In this document: piece by piece, positions 13,372 to 25,143 of the stretch | How the letters are laid out: the number at the start of each line of letters is the position of its first letter | Position numbering within the stretch: position 1 is the stretch's first letter | NCBI GenBank assembly: GCA_025786725.1 | Contig: JAHLTZ010000027.1 | Span: 248,001 to 312,000 of the forward strand | Reading direction: 5' to 3' | DNA from: Syncephalis fuscata S228 | Lineage: Eukaryota; Fungi; Zoopagomycota | Length of the DNA stretch: 64,000 bases | The notes under the pieces: generated by a model | Databases searched by the model: none | Told to the model about the DNA's origin: nothing | Seen by the model: the letters and a program-made list of their open reading frames with translations, nothing else | Position numbers and translations under genes: made by a program

Positions 13372-15237
13372 TCATTTAGCCAAAGGTATTGACGATACTA
13401 CCACTTTAGAGGAACGTTCATTTTCAGCGGCTATTGCTGATGCAGGCCATAGACTACGGCGTATCCAACGAGCACCGCCGGCATAAACTAACCAACAGTA
13501 CATGGTAATCATAGCAATATGTGGGGCAAAGCCGTTGGTTTGCCATACTGACCAACTTCCTGCAAAAGTTAGTATTTGGAAGGGTGCCACAATATAGTTG
13601 TTTATAGTCTGGGTAAGGAACCAGCCTAAAACATCATAGATGCGTTTACCGACGGATGGAACAGTTGCAGAATGGCCCGGTACTACAATGGGTCTAAATG
13701 TGCGACGCATTGCTAAATAATTGGCGCTATTAGTAAAATGGTCATTTAACTCGTGCTAAATAAACTTACTTCGAGCTGTAGTCGTTACAATAGCTCCTGA
13801 AGCAAATGTTACTAGTATAAAATGAATTAGCAAATAAATAAATAAGCTTATTCATCCATCCATTCACTTACAATAATAGCCAGGATAAAAGCCATGCCAG
13901 ATGGCTGAAATGATATAAGTGGCAAATGTGGCTACAAACGTGCTCTTTTGTCCTGGCTTGACTAGGCGCATATAAACGTAATGTCGAAGCCAGCGGTTAG
14001 TACCGATATTCCAGCTGTCCATCAATTCTCGTGAGCTTTCTGCTAGCTCGCAGTCTTTAATACGAACGTTCGAGACACGATTCCAGAGTATCTTGCCGTG
14101 AGCATCATAGCCGTTAAACGCTAGTCCAGTTAACACGCAAACACCTTCCGAAAGTTTCCATATAAAATAGTATTTAAATCGGGCCAATGCGCCTGCCATT
14201 TGCAAGTAAGACAGCCTATCGAATGGATATTAGCAACGATTTGTATTTATATCAAATTAACTTACTTGTATAACAAACTTGAATGCTGATAATCTTCCGT
14301 CAAGCAGTATTTGATTGAAAATAATGGATCACATCCTACCAATAATCCAACCGATATAATACTTTGGGCAAGACATTTAAATGATTCTAGCAATCCACTA
14401 GGACGATGGATTTTGCCTTTGGTCTATTGAATGTTTTGTTGATTAGTGAATTATTCAATGTGTATTTTTTGATAATCATTTACCTTAAACATTTCCATTG
14501 TACAGAAATTGCGATAGTCTGTAAACTATAAATATTTGTCATGAGTATTGTATAAAACTGTGTAATGGTAACTTCTTACTTCACAGGCGGGCCCTACTAA
14601 AAAGCTACCAAAGTAAAATATATAGCCCATATATTCCAGTAACGATGGCATTTCTGTGATGCGTTTCTCTTTCTGATGCTCGTTTAATTGCTACTAAATG
14701 TTAAAATACTATTAATATACGCCTATCATTTTCATTTACCTTCTCATCTTGTCGTCCATCTTGGACATTAAATGCAAACGATGTCAGTTTGATCACAAGA
14801 ATCATATGGGCAGCGCTAAAGTCGGCCTGGGAGTATGCACTATCATCGTCCATACGGCAGATATGTCTAGTTACCAAATTAATCTACAATCCATCTGGTT
14901 GACTATGCAAAACTTACGTATACGAAAGGTGTAGCATTGTCAATATCATGATAAGCTGTGGCATCATTTTATGCTTAATTGTACCAGCTAGGAAATACGT
15001 TGCCACGGCCGCTGTACTCAAATGTATTAGTCCTATCCAGCTAGATAGGATTTCAGCATGTAGCAATAGTGCCAGTACTATAGAAAACCAGTGCTTAAGG
15101 TTTGGTCGGTCATTAGGCAGGCGGTTGAAAAGAAAACCGGCAAAGTACGTTAGTATAACAGCTATACATAGCCGCAGAGAAGCAACAGGGAATTGCACTG
15201 CCTCAGCCAAACGTTCTAGTTTGACGGAAAGCGACAT
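13372..15237 (-). CDS. ALE1: MBOAT lysophospholipid acyltransferase
   Basis: RFKYYFIWKLSEG, WNIGTNRWLRHYVY, SAIWHGFYPGYY and FLVGPA motifs; canonical introns. Confidence 0.92.
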
Positions 15238-16290
15238 AGCTAAGAGTCGTCACTACCGAGTTGTTGGTCTAAACGTAAGCCAAATAGTAAAAGAAAAAAA
15301 TGAAGACAATAGGCGAAGCGATACAGAGGCGATAAGTGGTATGGCCTTATTTTGTAGATTGGGGCAATGCCGGCATAAAAACGCCGATGCTCAAATTCTG
15401 TACTATAATTGCGTAGTATTTAATACTCAAAGCAGAGAAACAATTTTTGGAATAATAGACAGTCAATGAAGCCACGTTTTGTTTTAGATTTTGTGGCGGG
15501 ATATTTTATTTTCATAATTTTCTACGTAAAAACGCGATATCCGACATCGTTTTAAAACATTAAAACATTAAATATAAGACTAGAAGCTTAATTGCTTTTT
15601 ATTTATTAATTACACAGGTACAAGCTACCACTAAACAAGCGATATTATTAGTGTTATTCACTATTTTATTTTGCTTAGCTATTTGTAATTCACTTTCTGC
15701 TTGCTTCATATTTCTAGGAACATAGTAAATCTATTAGCGTCTTTTCATGCTCACCAAGTACTTGATGATATCAGTTGTCGACTATTACGGCTTAATATGG
15801 CCGTATTATTCTTTATTTAATATATATTAAATAAAAATGGTGGGGTTTTTTTGCCAAAATTACAGATAACTTTTGAGATTCAGCAATGAATAAAGAATTT
15901 GAAAACAACGATAATGCACGGTTATCACGTTTTGATGTGCCTATTTCCGGATAAATTATTCAATATAAATGATACACTCTAGCTAATATTATGTTGCTTC
16001 GTTTCTGTTTATGCTAAATGTTCAGCTATAAGTTAGCTAGCATAATATTGTTGCGTTCAGACTAAATTGAAAAATAATAAAAATCTATTGGATTCAAATA
16101 TGGGGAAATGATTACCCACGCAATTGATATAATTATTATGCATTATTTATTAAGACTGCTAGATTCATTTTTATTTGAATAATAATACTGTTATAGTTAC
16201 ATTAATGAATCTTAATAATTAAAGAAATATATTTGTGTAATACTGTTGTTGATATGTTTGTTTAATTAATATTTGATAATTTCTGAATAG

Positions 16291-17883
16291 AAATCAAACA
16301 TAAACACAATCGAATAACTTGATCAAATACAATCGAAATGAAGCCATATGTTTATTACTACAAACCCGCATGGCTGGATAGACACATTGACTGCAGTCCT
16401 GTTGGTAATACAATAGCACCATTGACTAGAGATGGATAAAGTGGCACATTGGCTAGAACTTATATAGAAGTAGACTAAATGGCAACTGTCAAATGATCTT
16501 GATTTCTGCCGATGGTAGTGTTTTGGGAGTATTGGTTATTCTATGTTTATATATGTCATATTAATTATGTTATAATACATAACTAAATAAATAAATATAC
16601 AATTATACTTACAAACTATTGATGCAATTTTAAATACAAAAAATGCTTGACATATGGTTAGTGTGTGGCTGAGTAATATACAATAATACTTGCAAATCCT
16701 TAATGCAAGTTATTAAACACGCACATGCAATATACAGCATATGTTTAGTACGTAGCTACTTGACTTTCAGTACTACTTATCCTCTATTAATACATGTCAT
16801 TAAGCACACACAGCGCATAACATTGCTGTAACAGCAATACTAGTGCATTAAACGTGTATTCTTCAACAGATGCACACGGCTATGGATAAACTAGCAGTAG
16901 TTTATAAACCATCAAATATACTAGTTAGTCTGCACACGCATTCAATTCGGCACTGGGACTTGGCTGCTAAAATAAACATGCTGTTTTTAGTGCCATGTTA
17001 TCAACTGCTGACACATGCCTATCGTTAGAAACTATTTACTGATATTAACTACTAGTTTCTACGTAATGGCCATTTTGATGATAAATAATTGAACTTGTGC
17101 ATTGACGCCATCGATGGTTTGCGCATAAAGTAATGCATACACATTGAGCTGCACTCACTAGGTCATCTCAATCAGATATAACCATTGCGTGTACTTTTTG
17201 CCATTGATGCTGTACATATCTGTTATTGTGTTGGCGCCAGTGTATAGCTGTTCCTTTACTATTGTAATATATATTGTGTATATTACACGTTGCTATACGT
17301 GCTGCTCACCAATAAAGTAATTACATATTATTGTTAGTGAACACTTTGTAAACTGAGCTTTATGCAGATAGATATTGCGCTAATGATTGCTGTATTAATG
17401 CTTATAAATAATGTTGCTGTGTGTTTATATGTATTGCAAACAATACATGTGCATTCTAGCCATCACTTGCTACTTGAATGATTACACTTTAAAATCGCTT
17501 GCTATATAAATCATATTTGCGATAGCCAATGTTGTGCAGTGCATTTACATTCAAATAAAATCATCAAGATATCTATACATTATGTCGATGCTTTACAATT
17601 GCAGCATGTTTATATAGACATAAACATTAGCAGAACAACACCAGAAGGCTTGTAAACTGATGCAGTCGACAAACAATATATCCAATTCTATTTAGCAACA
17701 AGTAGTTGAATTTGTTGCAATGCATGCAATAAAGCGATTAAAAGTTCTAATTCTTGAATGATTTGTAAGAGTGACTCTAAATGATGTTGTTTAACAATTC
17801 TGACTGATTTGATCCAATTTTAATCGAATCATTACTTTATTAATAAGGTTGTCGATAGCGTTGACAACAATAATTGCAATCTC
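16291..17883 (-). repeat. Dispersed repeat copy A (~1.6 kb); carries the degenerate 3' end of a microexon gene
   Basis: Near-identical reverse complement of 22507-24175 and direct match to ~41038-41911. Contains tag|TTT|gtaagt (16613-16615), a terminal exon tag|AATAA (16536-16540) and a 3'UTR similar to 35810-35940. Confidence 0.92.
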
Positions 17884-18072
17884 TTTTAAATGTCATAGTG
17901 TCTAGTAATAAATAGATGAGTTAGTTTCAAACATAAAAATCAATGACTTGATAACTCATTTGTAAATAGTCAAATTAACTACGTTTTAAATCACTTTTTA
18001 TAAAGAAAAATACGGCCAGTCAATATAAAACCGTAGTATCCATCGTACTTTTCTACTAAAAAGCACACGTGT

Positions 18073-19274
18073 TTAAATAGCATAAGCTGCAGCTGCAGTA
18101 TCAAACAACGCACTCTTCTCCAATCTATTTTGAATCAATGGATGCATTGGATGGGATGCCTCCAAATCACTATTATTAATAAACAACTCGTTAATAAGAC
18201 AATCAGCAGATGTTATTAACTTACTCTAAGCGCGCCTCTGCATCCACTATATTACCAGTGAGGTAAAGAGATACTAAAGGTTGGCTAGCATTTCTGGGTT
18301 CTTTGCATCCTACAATTGTACTTCATTAGCAAGTGACGAATACGCTTATTGTTATAGTATACTTTACCGTAGACTGTGCCTCTAGCAGCAAACTTTCAGC
18401 CTCTGGATATCGCTGCATCATAAGATTACACGCTGCCTGTCCACATAGACTATTCGCAGAAATGGCTGCGTTGATACCGAATTCATCAAAAATATATGCC
18501 GTTGATTGACAGCGTTCACCACCCTATAAATAATAGTTTACAATTAGTTTTATATATACCAGTGTATCATGATATCCTTATCGTTTACGTACCACGCTTA
18601 GATTAGCCCATGCTTCGGCTAGTTGCAATGGCAAAGCATCATCGGACCATTCTTTAGCTGTTTCCAGTTCTTGTTGAGCAAGATCGGATCGACCCATCAT
18701 TAAATAGGCTTGAGTTCTTAGTGTTCCACTGTGTAACAAAAATCAATTAGACGCTATTCTCTAACGAAGCTTTGACGCCAATATCTTGTATCTATATCTT
18801 CTGGGTTACTTACCATTCAATATTACGCGAGTGTTTTGATAATGTTGCTACAGCATCTGTAGTCTTATGAGCAGCCAACAACAGCTGGCCTACCAGTGCT
18901 GTTGTAATACCATCAAGTGCTGGCTCACTGTCGGCAGTGTTGTCGCGTCCAGCCAATTCCAGTGCCTGCTCAGTTATCTTGGTGGCCGTATCTTCTCGCC
19001 CAGCACGCTGAGCTTGTATGTAACGCGCTAGCAATAATGCTGCATCCATAGCGCTTGCACCATCACTGCCCCCTGCCACGCGCTCTTTAAGTCCGTCAAC
19101 TGCTTCATCAGCTCGCTGAAGTGCCAATAGTGCACGGTAATAGATTGTGACAATTTCTTGTACTATAGCCGAACTTTCATCATCATTTAAATACGATTTT
19201 GCCTGGTCTGCTACTTCCTGGAAGCAGCCAAGATAGTAGAGATCGCGCAATTTTGTTAATGTATCAGCCGACAT
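18073..19274 (-). CDS. SEC28: Coatomer subunit epsilon
   Basis: MSADTLTKLRDLYYLGCFQ, QAYLMMGRSDLA, DDALPLQLAEAW, AYIFDEF, RYPEAESLLLEA, SHPM...FDTAAAAYAI*. Confidence 0.9.
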
Positions 19275-19467
19275 GATGGAGGAATAAGAAAGAATATAAC
19301 TAACAGAGAATTCACAAGTATTCAAATAAAATGATGACACGTCATGACAATTGTCGTTTTATTCTCTTCCATTCACTAACCAGTATTTACTAACTGTGCG
19401 GCTATTTAACAACAACAACAACAGTAGTAGTGACAATATCAATAGCAATAGCTTCAATCAATACAAC

Positions 19468-20950
19468 ATGACTGATACAGTGACTGAAGAGGGCTATTTG
19501 CCAAACATTGACCGACATATCAACTATTTCCTCTACTGTGTTAATTTTCTACCTCAGCCATATACTTCAGGCGATACAACACGGTAAAACCAATTGTAGA
19601 TAGAGCTGACCAGTATAATTAATAATCTATATATCCTAACCAGATTGACATTAATCTCATTTGGACTCTGTGCATTGGAGTATTTGAACGTACTTGAGTC
19701 GCGTATAAATTCAGAACGAAGACAGCTGTTTATTGACTGGATATACGATCAGCAGATTGCTCCATCAGGTGCCTAGAACAGCTAGTTCGAATATTAGAGT
19801 ACAAACACTAATAGTATGAAATAATTAGAGGATAAAGAAAAGCCATATGCTTATTGTGGATTCCGAGGTGGTCCATTTACTGGTCCATCAGGTGTAGGTA
19901 CACAACGGTAGCATTGTATATTTTATTAATAATACAAATATAGCCATATAATCGTGCCAATGTAGCAGCTACATTTGGAGCGTTGACTTCTTTACTTGCT
20001 TTGGGGGATGATTTATCTCGAGTCGATCGGGCAGCTATTGCCGGTGGATTACGTGAAATACAACTGGCTGATGGCCGGTAAGTACAGCTATTACATTGAC
20101 CTTCATTTATAACCTGTTAACCATTCATCATTTAGATTCGCACCTATGCCAGATGTAACCGAGGCAGATATGCGACTTACTTACTGTGCCGTAGCCATTT
20201 GCTACATCTTAAATGATTGGTCAGGTATAGATCGTGAACGTACATTAAACTATGTTTGGGCAAGTCAGGTAAGCAGCGGTCACTTTAATTAAAATAAAAC
20301 AATAATAAATATATAATTAGAATTATGATGGTGGATTTGCACAGGCACCCGGCGAAGAATCACATGGTAACTATTGTTAAATTGTTTGATATACGTAATA
20401 CGATATTAATCAGCAGCATTTATTATATTGTAGGTGGATTGACTTTTTGTGCAGTGGCTATTCTTTATTTGCTGGGTGAATTAGACACGGCTGATCCACG
20501 TTTACGATTAACAAAACGATGGGGACTGGCTCGTCTTTCTGCCGGCTACCAAGGCCGAGTCAACAAACCAACCGATACTTGCTATTCATTCTGGGTGGGC
20601 GCTACACTTAAGGTAAGCATATATCTATAAGCTAAATCGCTTTCTAATATGATCATTGTCAGTTATTGGATGTGTATGAAATGGCCGACCATCAAATGGA
20701 AGTTACTTTTCTTCATGCAACACAATCAAATTATGGTGGATTCTCCAAATGGGTCGACCAGCATCCAGGTATAGCTATTATTGTTGTCTAACATGCATCT
20801 AAACATTATTGCGTATTAGATCTACTGCATGCCTATCTCGGCCTAATAGGTCTTTCATTAGCCACCAACGGTGTGCCTACTAGTAAATTAAGCTGTGCTT
20901 TGGCCATACCACCTAGTGTGGTAGAAAGACTAACAGTTCTTCATAAATAA
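19468..20950 (+). CDS. CDC43: Geranylgeranyltransferase type I beta subunit
   Basis: HINYFLYCVNFLPQPYTSGDTTR, CGFRGG, EADMRLTYCA, ESHGGLTFCAVA, GYQGRVNKPTDTCYSFWVGA, GGFSKW..HPDLLH. Confidence 0.92.
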
Positions 20951-21009
20951 ACATAAATTATATTTAATGATATAGCTTTTATTTACAACATTATTTTATT
21001 TTGTTTTTA

Positions 21010-22453
21010 TTACATAGTTGACGGTGGAACATTGCTATAAACAGCCTCATCTGTTGATGGGGTGGGTGGCGGAGTAGCACTAGTTGCTTGTTTAGAATCA
21101 CGTAAAACTTTAATACGTCGAATCCATATTAAATTCATTTTCTTGGCTATAGAAAACACTGGCCATCGGTGCGGCATCCAACGTGACTGGAGAACTAAAT
21201 CTTTATGTCGCTTCGGTACAGGCTTAGCCACATTCGACATAATTACATACTATTTCAAATTAAATTATAAGTTGGATTCAATCTAACAACACCATATTAC
21301 TACTAACCACAGGAAATAATAAAGCAAATATTCCAGAACTAACAAACTGTGGAAAGAAAAACGTGACTGCAGTGCAAGGAAATCCTATTTGAGAGCAATA
21401 AGATTACTGTTATCAAGTAGTACTAGTAAATTATTTACCAAAACCTGCGAAATACGCCCAGCGTGCTTCAAAATAATCCATACGTTGATCCATTGTCCAG
21501 CCTCGATTGATCCAGTCATATCTAATAAATTGGCTGTAGCATAAGCATGTATTATACAGCAAATAAACATTATTTTGTATTGCTTACTCAAAGCAGTAAA
21601 ATGCCGCAATCCAACATGTGTATAGAAATGAAGCCAATGGGCCGATAAGTGGTAGCGTGTACACTAACGATACAAATATAATGTAGTTGAAGAACAGCAA
21701 TGTACGATAGACTTCGTCGGTAATGCGATTAACCAGTCTACATAGAATAGTCAATAAGAGCAACAAAGCGCAATTTACTCACCTGTCAAATGATATTTGG
21801 GCACTAGCCGTTTTGCCTTCTCGTAAACAGTAGGCATGATCGGCCACCTTTTGATACCAAATAGAATTTAGAAAGAAACTAAGGCAGTAGATTGGATACA
21901 CCCATAATATCTATTTAAAATATAATGGCTATTAGCAGTGATAGCAGCTTATTGATAAACCATTATCTAGCATCTACCTGGTAGGCACATGTCAGTATCA
22001 TGTCTAGCCAGGATACAACCATTTCTAGACGGGGTTCTGCTTCTAACTGGTTATGAAAATCGGTTTCTTTTGAAATACGAGCCGACCACACAAACCAAGT
22101 AGTAAAGAAGGAAAGCGAGGGCCGTAACAGATGCTCGAACAAGTAGATACTGCCCAGAAATATCAATCCATTTAGTAGGAAACACTTGGCCGTCTGTACT
22201 TGCAACGTTTTAGATCTATATAGCCGGGCTAAGTAAAGCAATGCGTAGCTACACTCACTTACCCGCCAATAATGACAAAGCTTCGCGACCAATTGGAGGC
22301 GTCGCGTACACCGCACCACGCGTAGTATGCGTTGAGCGATAGGCTTTCTGTAAATGACAAGGGTAGTGTCGGATGAGTCTCGGGTTGTGTCGACGATTGC
22401 TGTTCCGTCGTGGTGCCGTCCGAGGTTGAAGCAGATAGTGGAGGTTCGGCCAT
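21010..22453 (-). CDS. EI24: Etoposide-induced protein 2.4 (EI24) family membrane protein
   Basis: KCFLLNGLIFLGSI, YPIYCLSFFLNSIWYQKVADHAY, CWIAAFYCFEY, LEAGQWINVWIIL region, YFGFPCT, FALLFP. Confidence 0.88.
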
Positions 22454-22506
22454 ATTAAACGTACAACGTAACGACTAACGACAAGTTATTGTTTAAAGGA
22501 ATTTAA

Positions 22507-24864
22507 AGATTGCAATTATTGTTGTCAATGCTATCGACAACCTTATTAATAAAGTAATGATTCGATTAAAATTGGATCAAATCAGTCAGAATTGTTAAAC
22601 AACATCATTTAGAGTCACTCTTACAAATCATTCAAGAATTAGAACTTTTAATCGCTTTATTGCATGCATTGCAACAAATTCAACTACTTGTTGCTAAATA
22701 GAATTGGATATATTGTTTGTCGACTGCATCAGTTTACAAGCCTTCTGGTGTTGTTCTGCTAATGTTTATGTCTATATAAACATGCTGCAATTGTAAAGCA
22801 TCGACATAATGTATAGATATCTTGATGATTTTATTTGAATGTAAATGCACTGCACAACATTGGCTATCGCAAATATGATTTATATAGCAAGCGATTTTAA
22901 AGTGTAATCATTCAAGTAGCAAGTGATGGCTAGAATGCACATGTATTGTTTGCAATACATATAAACACACAGCAACATTATTTATAAGCATTAATACAGC
23001 AATCATTAGCGCAATATCTATCTGCATAAAGCTCAGTTTACAAAGTGTTCACTAACAATAATATGTAATTACTTTATTGGTGAGCAGCACGTATAGCAAC
23101 GTGTAATATACACAATATATATTACAATAGTAAAGGAACAGCTATACACTGGCGCCAACACAATAACAGATATGTACAGCATCAATGGCAAAAAGTACAC
23201 GCAATGGTTATATCTGATTGAGATGACCTAGTGAGTGCAGCTCAATGTGTATGCATTACTTTATGCGCAAACCATCGATGGCGTCAATGCACAAGTTCAA
23301 TTATTTATCATCAAAATGGCCATTACGTAGAAACTAGTAGTTAATATCAGTAAATAGTTTCTAACGATAGGCATGTGTCAGCAGTTGATAACATGGCACT
23401 AAAAACAGCATGTTTATTTTAGCAGCCAAGTCCCAGTGCCGAATTGAATGCGTGTGCAGACTAACTAGTATATTTGATGGTTTATAAACTACTGCTAGTT
23501 TATCCATAGCCGTGTGCATCTGTTGAAGAATACACGTTTAATGCACTAGTATTGCTGTTACAGCAATGTTATGCGCTGTGTGCGCTTAATGACATGTATT
23601 AATAGAGGATAAGTAGTACTGAAAGTCAAGTAGCTACGTACTAAACATATGCTGTATATTGCATGTGCGTGTTTAATAACTTGCATTAAGGATTTGCAAG
23701 TATTATTGTATATTACTCAGCCACACACTAACCATATGTCAAGCATTTTTTGTATTTAAAATTGCATCAATAGTTTGTAAGTATAATTGTATATTATTTA
23801 GTTATGCATTAAACATAGGCTCTGTACACTGTGTATTCAATAACATGTTTGATAGGTTATAAGTATTATTATATAATGTGGCTTATAGGCTAACTATATG
23901 ACATGTGGCATATTTATAAACATAGAATAACCAATACTCCCAAAACACTACCATCGGCAGAAATCAAGATCATTTGACAGTTGCCATTTAGTCTACTTCT
24001 ATATAAGTTCTAGCCAATGTGCCACTTTATCCATCTCTAGTCAATGGTGCTATTGTATTACCAACAGGACTGCAGTCAATGTGTCTATCCAGCCATGCGG
24101 GTTTGTAGTAATAAACATATGGCTTCATTTCGATTGTATTTGATCAAGTTATTCGATTGTGTTTATGTTTGATTTTATTGAAACATTTGAGGCCGATCAT
24201 TATTGCTGTTGGCCATGCGTAGAAAATTTGATAAAATATTAATAAAGCCATTGATTGCAATTCCATATTGTTCCGCAATTGTTGCTGCTGTTACTACGTA
24301 CAGTGTGGTTTCTTTGCATCTAAACGATCACTTCTATCTGCCAAGCTTCTACTGTTGCATTTTGGGCATATTTGCAATGTAAGATACTCGTTTATGGTGA
24401 CAAGAAGGTAGGACGACTAGCGTTTCTGATGTTCATCATTGTCTTGAGCATTCTTGGTATCAACTTGGTAGGCGCATATTATTTGCCAATCATTGATGCA
24501 GCAAATCGGCCTCTACCATATGCAATAATGATAGGCTGAGTGTCTTTACCAGTAACATCATGTGGCAACAGTTGTAATCAGAATATACGGCATGCCGTTG
24601 AGGTTACTTGAACAGGTGTTAATGTAAAATAAGAAAAATAAAGACTAGAAATTGAATAATGTTATCTATTGCTGTTCAAATACGCATGCTATTTATATTG
24701 TTATAATTAACATTATTGTATAATGTATTACTGAATAGAGCAATAAAATAGCAATAAGAAAAGATGGTGAAATGAGTAAACAAAAAAAATGTGGGGGCAA
24801 AATACAGTAGCTTCTTAGCTTTGATGGACTTTATTATTTATTTATTTAAGTATAGTTGTATTAT
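22507..24864 (+). repeat. Dispersed repeat copy B (~2.36 kb, longest): module 1 (22507-24175) plus module 2 (24176-24864)
   Basis: Module 1 is the inverse of copy A and module 2 is the inverse of 34527-35213. Microexon relics at 23606-23608, 23691-23695, 23774-23776 and 23856-23858; terminal AATAA at 23926. Confidence 0.92.
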
Positions 24865-25143
24865 ACTAACTAGCTTATGGCTGGATATTCAATACATCTA
24901 CAAATCTTGTATATAAAAGCCATTTCTACTCAAGATACATCAATAAAACAACACTGCACTTATATTAGAATGTAACCGTGACAATAAACAAATAAATACC
25001 AATATATATACTTATTCATTAATTAAACTAAATTTACCATTATTATTATTATTATAGTAGCCATGAAATTATAGTTAAAATATTATTAATTGAGGCGAAC
25101 AAACAAACAAAAGACAATTGCTAAAGAAAGGAAAACCATACTA

